Source: Naegleria gruberi
Taxonomy: Eukaryota
DNA: 64,000 bases
Assembly (NCBI GenBank): GCA_000004985.1
Contig: GG738853.1
Reading direction: 5' to 3' (one strand)
Positions 57,446 to 64,000 of this stretch are shown here, piece after piece (the stretch's first letter is position 1; each line of letters begins with the position of its first letter). The notes under the pieces were generated by a model. The model made no database searches. It saw only the letters and a program-made list of their open reading frames with translations, and had not been told where the DNA came from. The position numbers and the translations under genes are program-made.

Positions 57446-58932
57446 TCAATGTTCTGCGATTCTACAATAATCAGATTTTGATACATCAACTGCAATTCCT
57501 ATTTTGTTGAATTCCTCTTCAATTTGTTGAATCACGATATCCCTATTCGGATTATTTTCAAGTTGAATATTATTATATCTCAAATCAACAAATTCTAACA
57601 ATGTGAATTCTTTTCTCTGTAATTGGATTTGCTCTGCAATAAATAGTGCATCATTTTCTGTTGTTGAACCTGATAATGATAAATCCAATACGCGAACTCT
57701 TTTTGCAATATTTGATTTCATAATAAGTGGTAAGAGTTGCGGAATATTATAAGTATTTCTCAGACCAAAATATTCTAATGTTGGATACTTTCCATTCTCT
57801 GATTCTGAAAGCAGTTCTGTTAAATTTTTTTCTGTAATATCATTTGTAATGTGACAGGTCGATCATTTTACTTCTTATTTGACAGGGTGACCCTAACCAT
57901 AATTCTAAATGTTTCAATTGTGGGAATGAGCAGTTAAGAATTGATTGTAACATGGAATTTTCCATTGCTCCTGTTCTTATAATTAATACTTTCAAGTTGT
58001 TCAATTTAACTGGCTCTTGAAAATCACAATATCCAGCTAGATAGAGAAATTTAAGATTTTTGAAATATTTTAGTATTGAGATAGAAGTATAACAGGAATT
58101 TCGTACATAATCATTGGTTGACTTGGTATTTTCTACATAAAATTTTTTCAAACTTGAAAGAAGAAGAATAAACTAACCTCGTATGGAAATAATATTATCC
58201 AACTCAATTGGTTCGTAAGCTTCCTGTTGTTCTATTATATAATTATTAAACGATTCATGAAAGTAATTAGAACTTGGATAGCTCAACGATAATTCTTCAA
58301 AAGTTTTCAATTTTTCAATAATGTCCTGTGTTTCCTTGACCAATTCAACTGCTGGTCTCATTTTCCCATCTCCTAGTTGTGCACTTTTCAATTCATTTTT
58401 AAAGAATTTTAATATATCCAATCTGTCTTTGATAATCTTTTTGATAATATTCAACAGTACTTGTTTTTCATTCTTAATACTAGTGCTGCGTTGATTCATT
58501 TTCTTAATTGATTCTTGCCACTTTTTTCTAATGCATTCCAATTTTTCATCTGTCATTCTCCCAGATTGCAAAAGCATTCTCACAATTACTGGATAACTCA
58601 TTATTTGCTGAACTGAAAGATACACAATTAAATAGTACTGGTAGTTGCACTGATGATAATGCAATTCTCTTATTAATAAATAAATCGTTATACATATTAA
58701 TAAAAAGAAATCTATTATTTGCAATCTTTCCATAATATTCCTTATTCAATAATAAACAACTTGTAATTGTTTTGTAATCCAAATACTGAAAAACAATATA
58801 ACAAATAATATCGGAGGAGAGATTTTTAAATGAAATGTTTGTAGGAGAGAGGAGAGCAAAATCGGGACAATTCTCGCTCCAATCATCACCACGATCAAAC
58901 GTATCATTGTGCTGATGATGGTGATTAAACAT
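57446..58932 (-). CDS. F-box-like protein with C-terminal LRR-like region (multi-exon; re-joins four track ORFs)
   Basis: ATG 58932 is in an A-run context (caaaaatcaaaaaaaATG). The N-terminus has an F-box-like motif (SDIICYIVFQYLDYKTITSCLLLNKEY). Track ORFs 58546..58932, 58173..58733, 57840..58151 and 57446..57721 are co-oriented, and consecutive pairs are joined by short GT..AG introns that restore the frame. One is a 40-nt intron, GTAAAA...TTACAG at 57832..57871. Another is a ~43-nt intron around 58608..58650 (GTGCAA...TTCAG, or alternatively a 31-nt GTACTA...TTCAG). The C-terminal exon has LRR-like LDLSLSG...LRYNNIQLENN. Stop is TGA at 57446. Confidence 0.6.
57832..57871 (-). other. Spliceosomal intron (40 nt, GTAAAA...TTACAG)
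   Basis: Removing it joins ...LWLGSPCQIR to KKNLTELLSESENGKYPTLEYFGLRNTYNIPQLLPLIMKSNIAKR... in one frame. Its length is 1 mod 3, which accounts for the +1 frame offset between the two track ORFs. Confidence 0.6.
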
Positions 58933-59073
58933 TTTTTTTGATTTTTGTAAAATTTGCTGAATTGGATTTCATAGCCTTAGAAACTCAAGTGTTGGTCATG
59001 TGAGCATCTAAGGTTTCAATTGGTTTTTAGAACTTGGAATTGGGCTGATATTTCACATTTTGAGGTAATGAAT

Positions 59074-59191
59074 GGCTACGGCCATATCACGATGAATGCA
59101 CCTCATCCCGTCCGATTTGAGAAGTTAAGCATCGTCGAGCCACATCAGTACTGAGGTTGGAGACAACTTGGGAACCTGTGGTGCTGTAGTC
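59074..59191 (+). rRNA. 5S ribosomal RNA gene (copy 2)
   Basis: 118 nt, identical to copy 1 except for one substitution (atcgtCgagcc here versus atcgtAgagcc). It has the same downstream TTTTTATCTTTAT, but different upstream flanks. Confidence 0.93.
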
Positions 59192-59376
59192 TTTTTATCT
59201 TTATCTTTTGTTGACCGATTTCCATCTCAGCACTTTCAATATTTCCTTCCTCAATCCTTTGTAATGCTTGGGTTTTGTGGGTTTGAGCTTTCAAAGTCAA
59301 TTTTGTAATCGCACTTAAAGTTCACAAATGTTTTGAATGTTGAAGTTTGACAACACACAAAGCCAAGTACTAAAAA

Positions 59377-60819
59377 ATGCATATACTTTCCCTCTCGTTG
59401 GATATTTGGCAATTTTGTATTTTTGAATATTGGCTTGGTCCCATTAGTGAAGTGAAATTAGATTCGAATGAAAATATTCTAAAATTTAAACATTTTTTTT
59501 ATCCAAAAATAGTGAATGGTTTGGATTTGGAAACAATTAGAGCAGTTCATAAATTGTGTCATGTTACTAGTAAAAAATCTAGTCACTTATTCATGATTGA
59601 AATGCACGATTTTTGGAAAAAAGTTTCAAATGTATTAGAAATGGTCGTTTATTGGAAACGATATCAAACTTTTGAGGGATTTTCCTTAGCAGTTGGAGAC
59701 ATTACTGTTGATGAGTCAGTTGCCCAAGTTAAAATGCAAAAGCTCATTGAGGCAACTGAAATGAATTCCAACAGAGAATATAACCAAATTATTGACCCTT
59801 CCATGTGTGAAAAAAATTCCTACTACTTTGGTGTGGACTTGGATCTCATACCGAATGATTTTACTGACGGAGAAGTGAACACGTTATTTGAGGAAAGAGT
59901 TCAGAAATTAATGGTATCTGAATCTAAATTTGAAAAGATAAGAGCCATCACTCAATTGGAACCATACGACTTGTTTTTACATAAGGCATTGATCTTGGCG
60001 CTTGATATGGTTTCTTACTTTGATAGTGAGAGACACATGAGTTACAGTACTTATAATTGCTATGACACATTTGAAAAGTGTTGTCTCATTTCGAAAGGTT
60101 TATTTACGAGAAACATGTCGGATCGTTCTCTTGGTCTATTAATTGACTTGGAGAATGAAAGGGAGGAAACTGTGAATCTCTTTGAAAAATTAGAGCCGAT
60201 TTATGTGGCCATTTCAATTCATATCACTCCAGATCATTATCAACACTTTACAGCACCCAAACATGCTCAATTTTTATGTCTTGCTTTTGCACACTTTTTG
60301 AATGAAACACCATGTCCCTATGAAAATTTCCTTGAAGGTCAGGAATTTCCAAATGTTCGTGATTTAACCATCAAGATGCCACCAATTGAAAATAACTATT
60401 ATTTCAAAATTGACACCAAGCAAGTGGAGAAGAACATTCTTTCCTCAATAACGAGGAAGAGATTTCCAAAGTTATTAAGAATTTCAATACAAGGATGTTC
60501 CAGAATAGATAATCTTTTAGAATTGGAAATATTTTCAGAGTTGATGTATGTGGAAATTATTCCACAGAAAATGGGAGACGATTACAATTATATTCTCAAT
60601 TGGTCTGAAAGAAGAGTTCACAATTTTATTAATCATCAATTTATTGAGAAGGATTCTTCATTGATTCACCAATTGGTTGTCCATGCAAATATTGTTAGGA
60701 ATAGTGCTGATGCCAATTATGACAGCATTAAGGAATTTTATGACATGAGTAGAGGAAAATTTGTGCCGTGCATTTCACGTTCCTCAATTAATGAATATTA
60801 TGATAGATGTTATGAATAA
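59377..60819 (+). CDS. Hypothetical protein, F-box-like N-terminus and LRR-like C-terminus
   Basis: 480-aa ORF. The ATG is in an A-run context (ctaaaaaATG), and the stop is TAA. The N-terminus reads LSLDIWQFCIFEYW. The C-terminus reads FPKLLRISIQGCSRIDNLLELEIFSELMYVEII, reminiscent of FBXL-type LRRs. I recognise no other domain. Confidence 0.6.
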   Translation: MHILSLSLDIWQFCIFEYWLGPISEVKLDSNENILKFKHFFYPKIVNGLDLETIRAVHKLCHVTSKKSSHLFMIEMHDFWKKVSNVLEMVVYWKRYQTFEGFSLAVGDITVDESVAQVKMQKLIEATEMNSNREYNQIIDPSMCEKNSYYFGVDLDLIPNDFTDGEVNTLFEERVQKLMVSESKFEKIRAITQLEPYDLFLHKALILALDMVSYFDSERHMSYSTYNCYDTFEKCCLISKGLFTRNMSDRSLGLLIDLENEREETVNLFEKLEPIYVAISIHITPDHYQHFTAPKHAQFLCLAFAHFLNETPCPYENFLEGQEFPNVRDLTIKMPPIENNYYFKIDTKQVEKNILSSITRKRFPKLLRISIQGCSRIDNLLELEIFSELMYVEIIPQKMGDDYNYILNWSERRVHNFINHQFIEKDSSLIHQLVVHANIVRNSADANYDSIKEFYDMSRGKFVPCISRSSINEYYDRCYE

Positions 60820-60915
60820 ACATTTTGTAAACTTGGTTATTGAGCTTGAATTCTTGCTGATTTCAATCGTCAAAGGACTTTGCTTATAAAGTAGATATAA
60901 AGTATTATGATGTAT

Positions 60916-62462
60916 TTACAATTTTTGATGTTGTTGAACATGATAGAAAGTATCATGCTTTTCCTTATTGGTAGCATCAGGAGTGTGTAAAAATTCGACT
61001 AATCTTTTAGATTTAGCTTGTACCTTATAAGCTCTCTTCACCATTTCTGGTTCAAAGATTTTCAATAGAGATGCAAAGTTCAAATCTCCATTGCTTAATA
61101 ATTGTTCCTCCATTAATTCGACCAATAATTGCACATCATTGAGGGCATTGTTCATTCCTTGTCCTTTGAAAGGTGCCATAGCGTGCATGGCATCACCTAA
61201 AATGGTAGTATTAGAGAATTTGGTATGTGGTAGTGTTTGCAGCTTGGTTGATTCGTGAAGAAGACCTCCTCTCATCAATTCTACAGGTGTTTGTGATAAA
61301 AAGTATGGAATTGGGTGATCCCAATGTGAAATCTTTTCCTTGGCATATTCCAATAAATTTGACTTTTCAATCAAGATATTTGTCTTGAAATGTTCCATTT
61401 CAGTGGAATCTTTTTCAAGAGGAAAGGTTAGTAGCCACATGGATTCATCCTTTGTGAATGGTTTTACAAATAATCTAGAGTGTCCATCCAATACTTGAAA
61501 AACAGTGTCCAATGTCATTTTCCTAAGCACTTCATCTCCAGTCACATTGGCAATGCCATTAATCATGGCAACTCCAGTATAGGTAGCACATCCAAATCCC
61601 TCTCCACTTCCAAATGCATTAGTTTCTTGTCCATCAGTGTCAAGTTTCATTTCTCTATTCCAACATTAAATTATCAATGTAATGACGATCAATTAAATTC
61701 TGCTAAAATCTCTTACCTTCTCACAGCAGACATTAATCCATCACATCCAAGAAGAATATCAAAATCCCTCTCCTCTCCATCCTCAAATTCAACAGTTACA
61801 ATTCCATCATGTTCTCTAAAATGTTTCAAATCCTTATTCCAATATATTTTACCATCATGTTCCAAATATTCATCCAGGAATATCCTTCTCAATTCTTGTC
61901 TTGGTAGAGGAGTATTCATTCTCCTGGTATTCTTCTTCTTAACTCCGGACATGTATTTCAATTCACCTCCCTTAATCATTGAAAAAGTGAAATTTGCACT
62001 AATGATACACTGAGCCTTCTCTCTCACCTTCTTTTCCAATCCAAGTTTCCTCAACGACTCAAATCCATTCTCTTGAATGGTGAGAGCATATCCCTGAGCC
62101 CTCGAATCAAACGAAACATCCCTCTCAAAGATTGCATGTTCAATATGAAAATCCTTCAATTTTGCATTCAATTGATTAAAAGAAACTCCTCTTTTGTATT
62201 TCCAATCAAATTCAATGGATTTAATTTAAATAATAATATTAAATATTTAACATTAAAATTCATTCCGATAAATAAATTAAATATTCGTAATGATGATGAT
62301 CGTTAAATGATGATGAAGAAAAATTGAAGATATTTACAGTGCTAAACCAGCAATTCCCGATCCAATAATTGCAATACGAATAATCTTTTTATTCGTCAAA
62401 TTGTTCATGAAGTCTGAGGAAACATCAACAGCTGATGATGATGGTTGTGGGTTCGGCAACAT
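60916..62462 (-). CDS. FAD-dependent aromatic-ring monooxygenase (salicylate hydroxylase/UbiH class), at least 3 exons
   Basis: Exon 1 starts at ATG 62462 (A-run context) and encodes ...KKIIRIAIIGSGIAGLAL, a GxGxxG dinucleotide-binding motif. Exon 2 (about 61717..62171) ends in the LLGCDGLMSAVRR motif, the DG/GADG signature. Exon 3 (60916..61654) contains ILGDAMHAMAPFKGQGMNNALND, the GDAxH..P..GQG.N signature. The intron at 61655..61716 is 62 nt and perfectly canonical: AG|GTAAGA...AATAG. The intron at ~62172..62337 is an ~88% AT block beginning GTAAAT. Confidence 0.8.
61655..61716 (-). other. Spliceosomal intron (62 nt, GTAAGA...TAG)
   Basis: The TAA 'stop' of track ORF 61713..62171 lies inside the 5' splice site GTAAGA. 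Splicing joins ...GLMSAVR | R-E-MKLDTDGQETN... in frame. Confidence 0.8.
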
Positions 62463-62535
62463 TTTTTTACAATTTGAAATTGCACAAATTTCAACATCAA
62501 ATTGTAAAGTAATTGTAAATGGAATAATATATTAT

Positions 62536-63766
62536 TTACATTAGGAGACAGTTTTCATCCTTTCCAAGTTTCTCAATCTTCATTCTCTTGTAATAAATCT
62601 TTAAAACTTCAGTAAAAATTTGATTAATGTTAGTTCCATCTTTGGAACTACATTCGATATATCCAGAAATTAAGGGATACTTGCTGAGAAAGGATGAAAT
62701 TTCCTCAGAACTCACAGCATAGGTCCTATCGACATTCCTCAAATTTTCATACCTATTACTATTCAATTGCTGTTGCTGTTCCTGTATTCTTGGACTCACC
62801 AAAGTTTCAGTTAAGATTCGAGGTTTGTTATCAAAAGTTCTTGTTGGATGTGGAGGTCTCAAAAGTGATCCAGAATTTGGACTATTTGAAGAGGAATTGG
62901 TTTGTAAACTTCCAGTACTTGAGCTACGTTGACGAGTGTGAGATTTCTTGGTTTCGTTTTTAAGTTGTTGAATGAGGGAAGTTTCGTCTTGATCAACTAA
63001 TGAACTTTCAGAATTTGAAGTGGAAATTGATACTTGTGGTGAGCTTGGTGTTTGATTTTTGGGTATCGGATAAGGCAACTTGATACCTCCTTTGAAAACA
63101 GTCGAATATTCCTTTTCACTTTCTTCTTGTTTAATTCGTTTCTGAACTAAACTGCTATTACTAGAAATTCCTTGAGAAAGAGGTAAAAATTCAATCTTTG
63201 GATTTTCACTTGGAGTTGAAATGACAGAATTTTGTTTGACACTTATTTTTCTCTTGACATCTCTTTGAATACTTTTCAAATCATTTCCACTGACTGATTT
63301 TGAATTTTCACATTCGAAACTATCTGATTTTGTTCCTACCAGGAAAACTACCTTCTCATTTAATGGTAATCCTTTAATGGAATTTAATTGTCGAATATAT
63401 TTTACCAAATCGAGGAAACTTTGACGATCATCGAGTGCAAAACACAACAAGTAAATATCCGCAACCTTTTCGAATTGTGAATTAACATGTTCAAAATCAT
63501 CCAATCCAATCGTATCATAGAATAATAATTTAATACTGTATCCATCATATTTATCTAATAATATTCGAAACCTTTCTAATATCACAAAATTACTTACACA
63601 CCACATAACTTCCTGTATATTGCCTGGGTACATATTCTTCATTAAATTCACTCGTTCTGAATTTAATAATTAAACTCGTCTTGCCAACAGTTGAGTTTCC
63701 GACAAGACAAACAGAAACCGTTGGTGCATTCGAAAGCGAAAGATTGGACGAAGGGGTGAAACTCAT
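62536..63766 (-). CDS. Ras-superfamily small GTPase with C-terminal CAAX box (CLLM) and a long internal low-complexity insert; 2 exons
   Basis: Exon 1 starts at ATG 63766 and encodes MSFTPSSNLSLSNAPTVSVCLVGNSTVGKTSLIIKFRTSEFNEEYVPRQYTGSYVV. This contains the P-loop (GNSTVGKT) and switch I. The 43-nt intron at 63555..63597 (GTAAGT...TATTAG) joins it to YKYDGYSIKLLFYDTIGLDDFEH (G3) ... VVFLVGTKSD (G4) ... ECSSKDGTNINQIF (G5) ... CLLM*. It is homologous throughout to Ras/Rho-type GTPases. Confidence 0.8.
63555..63597 (-). other. Spliceosomal intron (43 nt, GTAAGT...TATTAG)
   Basis: It links the P-loop exon (track ORF 63663..63848 region) to the main GTPase ORF 62536..63651. Its length is 1 mod 3, which restores the frame. 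Confidence 0.7.
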
Positions 63767-64000
63767 ATTTTTTTATAAATTGGAAAATAAACAATATCGA
63801 AATGCTCTGATATCCAATCGTCTTAACAGTTGATTTACTTTGGCCCACTTTAGAATAAAAATGGAAATATTTGCCTCCTCCGAGACGAAATTGTCTTTTT
63901 GCTTTACAGTAAAAATTATCAATTTTTGTAAATTATTGTAGAAATCAGTAAGAATGCATTTTATCCGAAAGATTCACAATCTTATTTGTGTACTTGATGA

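Noticed and set aside
56246-58151. Idea that TGA is recoded (Trp/Cys/Sec) because in-frame TGAs appear in the actin gene and at the 57840 ORF end
   Set aside because: Intact genes in the window terminate with TGA (33474, the 54986..55777 ORF, 57446). The TGA at 57840 is explained by a 40-nt intron. The actin TGA sits at a conserved Arg (CGA->TGA) in a gene that is also internally deleted. The standard code with a pseudogene is the simpler explanation.
33349-64000. Prokaryote-style systems (CRISPR arrays, toxin-antitoxin pairs, restriction-modification, phage defence operons) or recognisable transposons
   Set aside because: The tRNAs, 5S with Pol III T-run terminators, spliceosomal introns, and F-box/Ras/actin/Top2 genes make this eukaryotic nuclear DNA. 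No transposase, reverse transcriptase or integrase ORFs and no terminal inverted or long terminal repeats were seen. The only tandem repeat is the coding 72-bp LRR array.

Overview
Positions 1..33348 are an unsequenced run of N. The real sequence is 33349..64000 (~30.6 kb). It is AT-rich (~33-35% GC overall, with intergenic regions lower), carries eukaryotic-type tRNA and 5S rRNA genes, and has short canonical GT..AG spliceosomal introns. This is therefore eukaryotic nuclear DNA (an AT-rich, short-intron protist or early-diverging fungus; I cannot name the species). There are no prokaryotic operons, CRISPR arrays or defence islands.

Contents I can support:
- A dense cluster of at least five F-box-like genes, several with leucine-rich repeats of the ribonuclease-inhibitor type (LRR). 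One carries a near-perfect 72-bp tandem array. Single ORFs are at 33474..34817(-), 51714..53108(-) and 59377..60819(+); two fragmented genes are at 54592..55777(-) and 57446..58932(-).
- A DNA topoisomerase II (45974..49579+) that stops at the end of the conserved core and has a basic N-terminal extension; it may be organellar.
- A 2221-aa separase-like giant ORF (39114..45779+).
- An ATP-grasp enzyme (37228..38496-).
- A protein with tandem DEK-C-like domains (49915..50832-).
- A FAD-dependent monooxygenase split by introns (60916..62462-).
- A Ras-like CAAX GTPase with a large internal insertion (62536..63766-).
- Three tRNA genes: Pro-TGG (+), Leu-CAA (-) and Lys-CTT (-).
- Two dispersed 5S rRNA genes (55873..55990 and 59074..59191, both +, differing by 1 nt). 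They bracket a 3.2-kb segment holding an actin pseudogene, the tRNA-Lys gene and one F-box gene.

The actin pseudogene has a nonsense codon, and its central third is replaced by a ~200-bp GC-rich block.

Several entries in the ORF track are fragments of single genes split by 40-62-nt introns or by frameshifts. I re-joined them below.
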